Shown one piece after another: positions 10,052-18,987 of a DNA stretch of 64,000 nucleotides; within the stretch, counting starts at the first letter, position 1, and every line of letters starts with the position of its first letter. Source of the stretch: an uncultured Candidatus Saccharibacteria bacterium (GTDB taxonomy: Bacteria > Patescibacteriota > UBA1384 > 2-12-FULL-50-11). Location of the stretch: NCBI GenBank assembly GCA_964599405.1, contig CAZRED010000002.1, positions 44,198 to 108,197 on the forward strand. Reading direction: 5' to 3'. The position numbers were made by a program, and so were the translations under genes. A model generated the notes under the pieces. That model did not search any database. It worked only from the letters and a program-made list of their open reading frames with translations, and was not told the origin of the DNA.

Positions 10052-10660
10052 TTAACCGCCGATAATCGGGTAGGGCTTGAACCAGTCCTTGAGTAGTTTC
10101 TTCAAGGTGTTGCCGACAGCCTTTACTTGGAACTCGCTGCCCTTCTCGATACCAGTCAAGAAGGAGCTCCCCGAGGCCTTGCCCTGGAGGGTGACGGCAT
10201 TTATTATCGGTTCTTGCTTGACGGCGTCAACCAGCCAGAGCTTGATCGTCACTGCGCCCTGTCTTTTCGGGAAAAGACCGCCAGATGTTCCCTGGCTGCT
10301 GGCGACGATGATCGGGAAGATCACCAATGTTGCGCCGACTCGCTTACCAATCTTGATGAGGTTGGCGCGATTTTGCTGTTCGTCGTCGCTGAAATTTATC
10401 TTCAGATCGGCGATCGCTTTGGCGACGGTGTCAGGAGCTACAACGGTAAAACCGTGGCTGGAGAATTCCGTCGCCAGCCAGTCGTGACCGGCTTTGATCT
10501 GCCGCTCCTGAAGTTCCACCCACTTATCGCCGCTCTGATTGATGATTGGCACGATTGCGACCTTAGTGCCTTTTGGGTAAGTCTGGGCTGAAGCGGCCGT
10601 GATGGCCACCAGCGCAAATGCGAATAAGATAATCAACTTGTTCATGAACATTTTCTCCAT
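10052..10660 (-). CDS. Secreted protein, CsgG/LpoB/TolB-N-like alpha/beta fold (likely start 10645)
   Basis: Signal peptide ending ASA-Q; KVAIVPIIN, IGKRVGATLVI, IKLWLVDA pattern. Confidence 0.55.
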   Translation of the reverse strand: MEKMFMNKLIILFAFALVAITAASAQTYPKGTKVAIVPIINQSGDKWVELQERQIKAGHDWLATEFSSHGFTVVAPDTVAKAIADLKINFSDDEQQNRANLIKIGKRVGATLVIFPIIVASSQGTSGGLFPKRQGAVTIKLWLVDAVKQEPIINAVTLQGKASGSSFLTGIEKGSEFQVKAVGNTLKKLLKDWFKPYPIIGG

Positions 10661-10800
10661 AAAGAGACGGGAATATTATAGAATAAATTTATTAGCGTAT
10701 CAAGGGATGCGGGGGCGTTTTTTGAAAACGCCTCATAATATTCTTGAGATTCCGACCAGAATCAGTTACAATAACCCGGCCAAATTGGCACAGGAGTATT

Positions 10801-11382
10801 TTGAAGTTTCGCTATTTAACACTTGTCACAACTCTCGTCACTTTGCTTCTCACCATACTAGTCATCGGTTGCGGTGGCGGCGGTGGTGGGAACTCGATTT
10901 TCCGTGGTTCGTGGTTGGGCGCTTGGAGCGACTACTACGAGGAAGATACCGGGTTCTACTCGGTCAACGTCAGCGGTAGCGGCAGTTTCAATGGAACTGC
11001 CACAAACGATCTGTGCGGTAGCTCTGGCTCCGCCACCGGTTCGTTCGGCAACAGCTCGACGAAGTTGAATATGAAGTTCAACGAGAACAACGTTTGCTAC
11101 AAGTACAGCGTTAAGGCCTCGGGCGACCCGATGACCCCATACGCAAACGGGTATTCGACAGTCGTCGATGCCAAGTACTACGACCGATTCGGGACCTATA
11201 TCGGCACCGTTGTCTGGGCGGTCTATATGGAGCGCAACTTTGCGATGGGACCGGACGCCCCAGCCCGGATTACGGTCAAGCAGTTGACCCCCAGGCTTTC
11301 CGGCGGCCAGCCCGTCGACATGAGTGCCATCAAGAAGGGCGACGGCAAACTGCCGAGCCCACCCATCCCCGATTCACCTTAA
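10801..11382 (+). CDS. Lipoprotein, hypothetical beta-rich (TTG start after AGGAG)
   Basis: MKFR + hydrophobic stretch + VIGC + GGGGGG; SD-like CAGGAG upstream. Confidence 0.7.
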   Translation: MKFRYLTLVTTLVTLLLTILVIGCGGGGGGNSIFRGSWLGAWSDYYEEDTGFYSVNVSGSGSFNGTATNDLCGSSGSATGSFGNSSTKLNMKFNENNVCYKYSVKASGDPMTPYANGYSTVVDAKYYDRFGTYIGTVVWAVYMERNFAMGPDAPARITVKQLTPRLSGGQPVDMSAIKKGDGKLPSPPIPDSP

Positions 11383-11395
11383 CGGTTGATCGGCC

Positions 11396-11433
11396 ACAGG
11401 GCAGTTCCAATTGGAGCTGTCCTGTTATTTTTT
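11396..11433 (+). terminator. Intrinsic terminator
   Basis: ACAGGGCAGTTCC-aatt-GGAGCTGTCCTGT followed by TATTTTTT. Confidence 0.8.
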
Positions 11434-11504
11434 ACACCAGGGCGAACGAACCGTTATCCCTTCTGGCAAGTTTAATTTTCCGCCCAAGTAGCTATTATCC
11501 AATT

Positions 11505-11924
11505 ATGGCTGATGAATCGTTCGGGGTGATACCTTTTAGAAAAACCGAAACCGGGCTAGAGTTCCTGCTCGTTAAACATGCTCAAGGGCATTGGGGATTT
11601 CCGAAGGGTCATCCTATCGGTAACGAATCTCATATTGAGACAGCGTTGCGGGAGCTGAAAGAAGAAACGGGGGTTACTGACTGTAATATAATTGGCGATA
11701 AAACCTGGAAACAAAAATACACAATCGAAAAATCTGGTAATTCTACGGAGAAAATCGTTGAGTATTTTCTTGGCGAAGTACTTAGCGCTAATAAAAATGT
11801 AGACAGTAAAGAAATATTAGAATGTCGCTGGTGCAATTTCGAAGACGCTATAGAACTACTGTCACATCCCGAAAGTAAAGGCATGCTGGAGTCAGTATTT
11901 TCTTTCATAAACCCCAAACGATAA
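11505..11924 (+). CDS. NUDIX hydrolase, Ap4A-hydrolase-like
   Basis: GHWGFPKG...ETALRELKEETG Nudix box. Confidence 0.9.
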   Translation: MADESFGVIPFRKTETGLEFLLVKHAQGHWGFPKGHPIGNESHIETALRELKEETGVTDCNIIGDKTWKQKYTIEKSGNSTEKIVEYFLGEVLSANKNVDSKEILECRWCNFEDAIELLSHPESKGMLESVFSFINPKR

Positions 11925-12790
11925 TGGACATACCGAAAAAGATAAGTGACTTAGGCCTACAGCGAGGCCACTATATTGTAATTGGCAGCGGAGTAATGGG
12001 CGCTCTAAACTTGCGACCAATTAACGACATTGATTTGGTCGTTAACCCAAATAAATATGCAGAACTCAAGAACAGAGATTGTGTTGAAAAAGTTCATGAC
12101 GATGAAACCAGGGAGCTGCTCTTCGGTGTCTACGGAATTAAAACCAGCTGGGACTCACCTAATAGCGGCGATAATTTACAGGAGCTGCTTAGCGATTCAA
12201 TTGAAATTGAAGGTGTTGCGTATATTAGCCCCCAACGCTTACTACGTTGGAAGAAGCGGATGAAACGTGCTAAAGACAAGAAAGATATACTGTTTCTAGA
12301 AAAATTCCTAAATACTCAACAAGACAGATTCACAGAAAAACCAACTTTGTACATAATGTGCGGCTTACCATTTGCTGGTAAATCGAGGTTAGCAAAAGAG
12401 CTAAGCGAAAATCGTGGCTGGAAGGTAGTAGCAGTCGACGAAATTAAAACCAAACGTGGGCTACGTGATGTTTGGCAAGATATGAAACCAGAAGATTGGA
12501 CAGATATTTTTGCAGAGGCAGAGCGTCAAACGGAGAGGGAGTTATTAGGCGGTCGAAGTGTGATCTATGACTCAACTAACCACACCAAACATAGCCGGGA
12601 TAAATTGCGTGAGCTTGCAAAACGTTGCCATTGTTCAGCTAAGTTGATTCTGGTTGATGTGTCTCCTGATGTTGCCGAGTTTAGGTGGAAAGCCAATAAG
12701 GAGTCTGGCGAACGGATGGATTTGCCGGAGTGGGCTTTCCGAACGGCTCTTGGCGACTGGGAACCACCGGTAGGGGATGAGCAGGATTAG
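11924..12790 (+). CDS. Fusion of nucleotidyltransferase (Pol-beta-like) and P-loop kinase (AAA_33-like)
   Basis: N-half IGSG...RPINDIDL and R.KD..D; C-half MCGLPFAGKS, VIYDSTN. Confidence 0.75.
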   Translation: MDIPKKISDLGLQRGHYIVIGSGVMGALNLRPINDIDLVVNPNKYAELKNRDCVEKVHDDETRELLFGVYGIKTSWDSPNSGDNLQELLSDSIEIEGVAYISPQRLLRWKKRMKRAKDKKDILFLEKFLNTQQDRFTEKPTLYIMCGLPFAGKSRLAKELSENRGWKVVAVDEIKTKRGLRDVWQDMKPEDWTDIFAEAERQTERELLGGRSVIYDSTNHTKHSRDKLRELAKRCHCSAKLILVDVSPDVAEFRWKANKESGERMDLPEWAFRTALGDWEPPVGDEQD

Positions 12791-13065
12791 ACACAAGACC
12801 GAAAGAGTGCGAACTCAAGTAGGTCTTAGCTTTTAGCGGGCTATCCTAGCGCTCGGGCAAATCCAACCGATAAAACATGTAACGTTTTTACAAAACTAGC
12901 TGAAACCAATTGATTTGTTACTAATATTTCTATAAAATTTCTCTGACTTAGCTCGTTTACATTTTGGCTGACAGGTAACTTTGGGCGGTAAGTGTTATAA
13001 GCAAGAACTGCTTTTAACAAACCGACTTTAGATTCAACAGATTCAGCTGAAAAGGAATCCGCAAG

Positions 13066-14136
13066 ATGAAAAAATTTAACTCTACTTCCCGTGAAATGCA
13101 GGACAATTTTTTCGCTTGCCGAGGTTGGAGGCGAAAAAAATGTCCACACTGTTTCGGAGAATACTACACGAAACGCGACCTACCACACTGCGGCTCTTAC
13201 CTGTGTGCTGGCAGCTATTCGTTCCTTTCTTTCCCTTCGCCAAAGGCACAGCTCGATATGGCGGCATGTGTTCGCAGGCTACAGACGTCCTTCATTGGCC
13301 ACGGCTACCAACTTCACCGACCGATCGCAGTTGTCCGTAATAACGAGCGAACCCTTTTCGCAAGTACGGCTGGCCAGATTTATGACGATCTGATCTACGG
13401 ACAGATATCAGAGAGCAGCTCGAAGTGGCACTTAGTAGTTCAACCGGTGATCCGGTTGCAGGAGATCGATCTCATTAGCTCCATCGACGGGATCTCCAGC
13501 TCGTTCATACATAGTGCAACTGAGTGTTGGAACACTACACAGGGTAACCACCTTGAGACGTTTGATCGCTGGTTGGATTTCTTTTCCGCCCTCGGTCTAC
13601 ATGCGGGCGGTTTCTGTCTTAAGATCGAGCGTGACACCAATAATTGGGCAGGACGCACTATCACGTCAGAGATGCTTCGGGTGCATTACGGTGGGCTTGA
13701 GGTTGGTGTTGCAAATTTCTTTTTCGACATTTCTCAGCCAAACGGTTCCCTGGCGACTCTGAGCGATGTTGGCGTAGGCCTAGAACGATTAATATGGGCC
13801 GTAAACAAATCGCCTATGTATTTGGATAGTATTGGACCTCCCCCGTGTGTTAGAATGCACACGAGGGTAGTGCTCCACGCAATCCGTACGGCGACGCTTA
13901 TGGCGGGTTCGGGTGTTGTGCCAGGTCATAGAAACCATGGGTCAAAGCTTCGCGCTATGATCAGGTTAGTGACAGAGGAGGCACATCATCTCAATCTTTA
14001 CGAACTCGTAAGCCATTACTACCGACAGTGGTCCACATTTGCGGATTATCTTTCGGTACCTCAGGAGCAGGTTTACTTGATAATTTGGGGAGAAATTAAT
14101 CGAGAACTCAGTCTTGGGGCTGACAGGAATCAGTGA
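13066..14136 (+). CDS. Alanyl-tRNA synthetase catalytic-domain paralog (no editing or C-Ala domain)
   Basis: Archaeal-AlaRS-like RKKCxxC...CGxxxC..YSF N-terminus, QPVIR..ID, GLEVG, DVGVGLER, H.IRT...GVVP...G.KLR..IR; only 356 aa. Confidence 0.75.
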   Translation: MKKFNSTSREMQDNFFACRGWRRKKCPHCFGEYYTKRDLPHCGSYLCAGSYSFLSFPSPKAQLDMAACVRRLQTSFIGHGYQLHRPIAVVRNNERTLFASTAGQIYDDLIYGQISESSSKWHLVVQPVIRLQEIDLISSIDGISSSFIHSATECWNTTQGNHLETFDRWLDFFSALGLHAGGFCLKIERDTNNWAGRTITSEMLRVHYGGLEVGVANFFFDISQPNGSLATLSDVGVGLERLIWAVNKSPMYLDSIGPPPCVRMHTRVVLHAIRTATLMAGSGVVPGHRNHGSKLRAMIRLVTEEAHHLNLYELVSHYYRQWSTFADYLSVPQEQVYLIIWGEINRELSLGADRNQ

Positions 14137-14146
14137 GAAAAACCAT

Positions 14147-14821
14147 ATGAAAACAAAAACCAAACGTATCTTTCTCGGCGGGGGTGGGGATGCAGAGGAC
14201 TCGAAGCTTATTGATGAACAATTCGTCAAGAGCATTGATCCATCAAAACCTACCATATACGTCCCTAACGCTATGCCCTCAGAGGGCTATCAGTCCTGCC
14301 TGGACTGGTTCCGACCAACAATGAAGGCGCTCGGTATAGCTACAATCGAAATGTGGGAGGATCTTCTCCCCCACCGCCCAATCAACGACATATCTGGGAT
14401 TTACATCGGAGGAGGCGATACGGTGAAGTTGCTAGATGAAATTCGTACCGCTGGCTTTGATCAGTACCTCTCCCAAGTAGCGCAAAGTGGCATCCCGTTG
14501 TACGGTGGTAGCGCTGGTGCGATTGTCTTTGGCGAGGACATTAGAACCGCACCAGAAGCGAGCCACCTAACACCAGGTGATGCAAAGGGACTTAGGATCC
14601 TAGTAGGTCACTCAATCATGTGTCACTACGAACAGCAAGATGAGACGCAAGTCCGGACACTCCAAAAAACAATTGGGATGCCAATCATTGCTATTCCCGA
14701 AAAAGCCGGTGCATGCATCGAGGGAAAAACACTGACGAATTACGGCTCAGTTCCGCTGTATATCTTCCGGGACAACGAGGAAACAGGGCTAGACACAGGA
14801 GAATCCCTTGAACTCGAATAA
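14147..14821 (+). CDS. Peptidase S51 / dipeptidase E family
   Basis: YVPNA, IYIGGGDT, YGGSAGA nucleophile, CHY, IAIPE. Confidence 0.85.
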   Translation: MKTKTKRIFLGGGGDAEDSKLIDEQFVKSIDPSKPTIYVPNAMPSEGYQSCLDWFRPTMKALGIATIEMWEDLLPHRPINDISGIYIGGGDTVKLLDEIRTAGFDQYLSQVAQSGIPLYGGSAGAIVFGEDIRTAPEASHLTPGDAKGLRILVGHSIMCHYEQQDETQVRTLQKTIGMPIIAIPEKAGACIEGKTLTNYGSVPLYIFRDNEETGLDTGESLELE

Positions 14822-14828
14822 CAAAATT

Positions 14829-14868
14829 GGGGGTGTATCACTTAGCGTGCGTACACCCCCTTCTTTTT
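14829..14868 (+). terminator. Intrinsic terminator or attenuator hairpin
   Basis: GGGGGTGTA...TACACCCCC followed by TTCTTTTT. Confidence 0.7.
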
Positions 14869-14875
14869 AAGGACA

Positions 14876-16123
14876 ATGTCTTACTCCTTTGGACCAAGCG
14901 CAATTAAAAAAGGAAACCTGACTGTATATTCCCGTAGCCCGGTCTGGGACAGTGAGTTCGAGACAATTGAAAGAAAAGGAATCGGGCATCCAGATACTAT
15001 AGCCGATATTTTAGCTAGTAAAGTAAGTCAGGAGTATTCGAGGTATACCATTACACATTGTGACAAGCTCGTTCTTCATCACCAGGTAGATAAACTCATG
15101 ATTATTGGTGGAAAAACTAAAGTCTATTTTGGCGGAGGGGAGTTCACTGAGCCAATTCGTATTATTGTTGCCGGTAGAGCAACATATAACTACAAGAACC
15201 TGGCTATCCCCGTTGAAAATATTGTGCTTAATACAATTAAGGCATATTTTCTGAAACATTTCCCGATGGTAAATCCAGAAGAAGATTTAGTTATTGAGAA
15301 TAGACTCACTACGTACCCTGGACCAGGAACAATCACAACATCGGCGGGTGCTATTGCTAGGATGTTTAATCCTAGAACCGCGAAAGAAGTAAGAGGGTAC
15401 GAAAAATATGTAGCAAATGACACTTCTTACTGCATCTCTTATTATCCTTATTCTTCGCTCGAGACGGCCGTCCTTGGACTGGAGTCTTATTTACAGTCAC
15501 TACAAATTAAGAAAAAGTTTCGGTGGATTGGCTCGGACGTCAAGATAATGGCAGTAAGGAATGGCAACAATGTGGAAGTAACTATGTGCATTCCACAAAT
15601 ATCCGGACAAGTAGAGTCGCTTAATAACTACTGGGAAAACTTAGAAATAATCAGCCCGCTGGTTAACGAGTTTCTTAATAAGAAGTGCCCAAAGTATGAT
15701 TTTAATATCTCTATTAATACAAAGGACGATTACGAGAGGTTCAACGTCTACCTAACTTACACCGGGGCATCGTTATCGGGAGATATTGGTGTGGTTGGGC
15801 GTGGCAACAGAACTAACGGACTCATTACTTCCAACCGGCCGATGAGTGCAGAAGGTACAAATGGTAAAAACCCAAGATACTATTCAGGATTTATATATGG
15901 CGTACTAACAAAACAAATATCGAAGGCACTATTCGATAAGTTGGGGAAACCTGCCGTAGTTGAGATAGTCTCTCAAAACGGGGGGAATTTATTAGAACCT
16001 TGGGAGGCAAGAATCGTTTGCGAAGCAGATCCAAAGAAAATCCAGAAGGTATATGAGTCTTGTTTGAGTAAAATACCCCGTATTACAACAGACTTTATTC
16101 GGGGCAAGATTGTGAATTACTAA
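14876..16123 (+). CDS. Archaeal-type S-adenosylmethionine synthetase family protein
   Basis: [46 protein letters not shown]...GKNP. Confidence 0.85.
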   Translation: MSYSFGPSAIKKGNLTVYSRSPVWDSEFETIERKGIGHPDTIADILASKVSQEYSRYTITHCDKLVLHHQVDKLMIIGGKTKVYFGGGEFTEPIRIIVAGRATYNYKNLAIPVENIVLNTIKAYFLKHFPMVNPEEDLVIENRLTTYPGPGTITTSAGAIARMFNPRTAKEVRGYEKYVANDTSYCISYYPYSSLETAVLGLESYLQSLQIKKKFRWIGSDVKIMAVRNGNNVEVTMCIPQISGQVESLNNYWENLEIISPLVNEFLNKKCPKYDFNISINTKDDYERFNVYLTYTGASLSGDIGVVGRGNRTNGLITSNRPMSAEGTNGKNPRYYSGFIYGVLTKQISKALFDKLGKPAVVEIVSQNGGNLLEPWEARIVCEADPKKIQKVYESCLSKIPRITTDFIRGKIVNY

Positions 16124-16130
16124 TACAGGT

Positions 16131-16622
16131 ATGAAGTACCAACCCCTTTTGCGCCACATCGAGATAAAGAGATCCGCTAGAGACGAAGACCTGGCGATAG
16201 TAGTTTTTAAACCCTCATGTCCCCGTGAGGCGATAGCCCGGTTTAGGAGTTATTGCTCAGAGAACCATATCAGTATTTTGCAAAAGAAAGAGACCCTACT
16301 CTCTCGAGATGCTGTTGTCGCTCTTTACCCTAAAATCTTTTCGTTTTCCAATGAGGATCTGAAATTTGGACTCGCTTGGAAGAAACAAACGATTGATTAC
16401 CTAACTTCTGCGCCGAGCAGATGTTTCTTAGTAGGGGGAGAAGATGTTTATAGTAAGTTGTCAAAATATAAATACCGCCTTCGTGACCGGTATGGAAAAA
16501 TTACCCATCCTAAGGCAGTTTTATCTACTGAAGATTTTTTTGAAAAAGTTATAAAAAACATCGTTCATGTTATTGATGAGCACGAGCTCCAAAACGGTCT
16601 CTGGGTATTATTTGATAACTAG
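16131..16622 (+). CDS. Nucleoside-diphosphate-kinase-like protein, divergent
   Basis: IVVFKP N-terminus, YLTS.P, LRDRYG, NIVH (putative phospho-His). Confidence 0.55.
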   Translation: MKYQPLLRHIEIKRSARDEDLAIVVFKPSCPREAIARFRSYCSENHISILQKKETLLSRDAVVALYPKIFSFSNEDLKFGLAWKKQTIDYLTSAPSRCFLVGGEDVYSKLSKYKYRLRDRYGKITHPKAVLSTEDFFEKVIKNIVHVIDEHELQNGLWVLFDN

Positions 16623-17131
16623 CGGCTATTCTTAATAAATTCTTTGATGACTTGAATGTCCCGGAGCTGTTTTTCTCCATGTAGATAGCTCTTATACCGG
16701 ACCATCTTGTCTGGCTTCATCAATTTCAATCTCTTCCCAGCCCAGTTAACAGGATATGTGTCATTCAAACTGTACCTGAAGATTTTCCACTCAGAACTTG
16801 CATCGTCAAAAATTTTTTGTGAGTCCCCATTGGTTAGTTCTATTATTTGACCTTTATAATTCAAAGCCATCATCAGAACTACCCACTCGCTGTCTATATA
16901 CAATTCTGGCCCAAATTGCACAAATTTCCCAACTTTTTTGAGCAAGCGAGGAAAATCTTTCTCTTGTATATCAATATCAATGTCGTTAATTGGTCTGTCG
17001 GCACCGTAGAAGCGTGCGGCCACTCCGCCCAAGACTTGGTATGGGATATTCTCTTCTTCTAGAATAGAGATGATCCACTTCAGCGCCACGTTAACTCGTG
17101 GAGTTAGGCTGATGGGGCTTAATTCAAGCAT
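16619..17131 (-). CDS. Nucleotidyltransferase (Pol-beta/MNT-like)
   Basis: IPYQVLGG.AA..YG..RPINDIDIDI, YK......KQLRD. Confidence 0.75.
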   Translation of the reverse strand: MLELSPISLTPRVNVALKWIISILEEENIPYQVLGGVAARFYGADRPINDIDIDIQEKDFPRLLKKVGKFVQFGPELYIDSEWVVLMMALNYKGQIIELTNGDSQKIFDDASSEWKIFRYSLNDTYPVNWAGKRLKLMKPDKMVRYKSYLHGEKQLRDIQVIKEFIKNSR

Positions 17132-17154
17132 CTTTTTATGCCATAATCATTACA

Positions 17155-17652
17155 ATGTTTAAAGGGTTGGAGCAAATCAATACTAGCAGTAACGCTAATC
17201 AAAACTTTGCGTTAGTCCTCCAGCTAACGGAGAAGATAGATAACAATGCAGACGCTTCATCGGTTATCAATGAGCTGATAAAAATATACTGGGATTTAGA
17301 CGGAGTCCCTCGCTACCATATAATAGTAAGTTTTATCGAGCATAACCGTACAGACGTATTAGGATTCCTTAAAAAGGTTTTATCTGAAGACACAAGCGAA
17401 CTGATCCGTCATGAGGCCGCTTTTGGTATCGGACAGATGGGAGACTCTACGCAACAGTTCGCACTAGCCGATTCTCTTAAGAACGATACTTCAGCTATTG
17501 TACGTCATGAAGCCGCTATTGCGTTAGCAACTGTTGGAAGCCGGCAATCTATAGGAGTCCTGCAAGAAGTAATAAGTGACGCTAGCGAAGAAGAAGTAGT
17601 GACTGAGTCGGCCGAGTATAGCCTCCGTCTGATTATAGAAAGTAGTAAATAA
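17155..17652 (+). CDS. HEAT-repeat protein with two His-Glu motifs (deoxyhypusine-hydroxylase-like half)
   Basis: D.SELIRHEAAFGIG and D.SAIVRHEAAIALA repeats. Confidence 0.7.
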   Translation: MFKGLEQINTSSNANQNFALVLQLTEKIDNNADASSVINELIKIYWDLDGVPRYHIIVSFIEHNRTDVLGFLKKVLSEDTSELIRHEAAFGIGQMGDSTQQFALADSLKNDTSAIVRHEAAIALATVGSRQSIGVLQEVISDASEEEVVTESAEYSLRLIIESSK

Positions 17653-17657
17653 AAATA

Positions 17658-17687
17658 AGGCAACCACATAATGTGGTTGCCTCTTTT
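17658..17687. terminator. Bidirectional terminator
   Basis: AGGCAACCACA-taa-TGTGGTTGCCT flanked by A- and T-runs between convergent genes. Confidence 0.8.
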
Positions 17688-17697
17688 GGGTTGTCTG

Positions 17698-18765
17698 TTA
17701 CCTCCCAGCGATAAAGTCCTCGACTTTCTGCCTGGCTATCCCCAGTGACACTAGGTGCAGTGGGTGTTTGAAGAAGTAGGCGCTCCAATCCTGGTAGCCA
17801 GAGAGGTTTCTGTCTAACGATAGCTTCATAGCGCGAACTGCATCAACCATCACTCCAGCGTTGTTTGGGGAGTCTTCGACTGACATCTTCATCTCAATCT
17901 CAAAGGGGAAGTCACCAAACTGCCTTCCCTTGATATTGATGTAAGCAATCTTATTATCGCCGAGGAATCGTATATAGTCAGCCGGGACTACCTTTATGTC
18001 CTCGGTGCCAGCTTCGAAGATGATTGGATCGGTCTTTGACACCTTCTTCGAAGTAAGACGCAGATGATCTGTGAGGTTGTCAAAATCCATATTCCCACCT
18101 ATGTCCAGTTGGTAGGAATTCTCTACGATTTGTCCACGCTCGCGGACTAGAGATACGAGTGTTCGGTGAAGGATAGTGGCACCAACCTGGCTTTGGATGT
18201 CATCCCCGGCGCACGGAATACCGGCTTGCCTAAACTTCTCCGCCCAGACTGGGTCGGATGCAATAAATTCAGGCACGCCGTTTATAAACGCAACTCCTGC
18301 GTCAAGACAGGCTTGGGCGTAAAACCGCGTCGCTTCCTGTGACCCTACCGGCAAGAAAGAAATACAAATTTCCGTATCGCTCTCTCTAAGTTTCCTGACA
18401 ACAGATTCCGGCTCTTCTCGGAGGGGGAAGTACTCACGCATATGCGGTGCAATTCCATCTCCAATAAAACCCGCCTCAACTGCTACGCCATATGTAGGCA
18501 CGCAAGCGAACTTATGGGAGTTCGTGGGCAACACCCAAATAGCTTCGGAAATGTCTTTGCCAATTTTATTAGCGTTTACGTCGAAAGCGGCAACTACCTG
18601 TATATCTGCAATGAGATATCCGCCAAAGTCATTGTGCATGAGGCCCGGTATGGGAGGTGATGTTTGGCCAACGTCCTTATAGTACTCGAGGCCCTGGATG
18701 AAGGAACTGGCGCAATTTCCCACGCCAACGATTGCGATTTGAATCTTTTTGTTTTTTCTAGTCAT
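17698..18765 (-). CDS. ino1: myo-inositol-1-phosphate synthase
   Basis: IVGVGNCASS, LPVGS, GDDIQSQVGAT, GGNMDF.N, DSPN.AG. Confidence 0.92.
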   Translation of the reverse strand: MTRKNKKIQIAIVGVGNCASSFIQGLEYYKDVGQTSPPIPGLMHNDFGGYLIADIQVVAAFDVNANKIGKDISEAIWVLPTNSHKFACVPTYGVAVEAGFIGDGIAPHMREYFPLREEPESVVRKLRESDTEICISFLPVGSQEATRFYAQACLDAGVAFINGVPEFIASDPVWAEKFRQAGIPCAGDDIQSQVGATILHRTLVSLVRERGQIVENSYQLDIGGNMDFDNLTDHLRLTSKKVSKTDPIIFEAGTEDIKVVPADYIRFLGDNKIAYINIKGRQFGDFPFEIEMKMSVEDSPNNAGVMVDAVRAMKLSLDRNLSGYQDWSAYFFKHPLHLVSLGIARQKVEDFIAGR

Positions 18766-18944
18766 TGTCTTTTCCTGTAAAGGTCCAGGGAGCGGTTCTC
18801 CCTTATGGTTTGGAATTCTACAGTTTTGTTAATTGATAATCAATACAATAACTGGTGATTCTAAAAATTATTTATCAAGTAGTTGATTAAGAGCTATCTG
18901 GTCGTGCAAGTCTTGCTTACGATCCTAAATATGGGCATAATATC

Positions 18945-18973
18945 TTGACTCTTCTCGAGAAGTGTGGTATAAT
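18945..18973 (+). promoter_or_regulatory. Sigma70-type promoter with a palindromic operator-like spacer
   Basis: TTGACT-17 bp-TATAAT with extended TG; spacer begins with the perfect palindrome CTTCTCGAGAAG. Confidence 0.75.
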
Positions 18974-18987
18974 TTTAGCTCGAGTGA

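Noticed and set aside
12841-13149. Minus-strand 102-aa ORF
   Set aside because: It overlaps the AlaRS-like start and has no recognisable motifs; likely spurious, though a gene remnant cannot be excluded.
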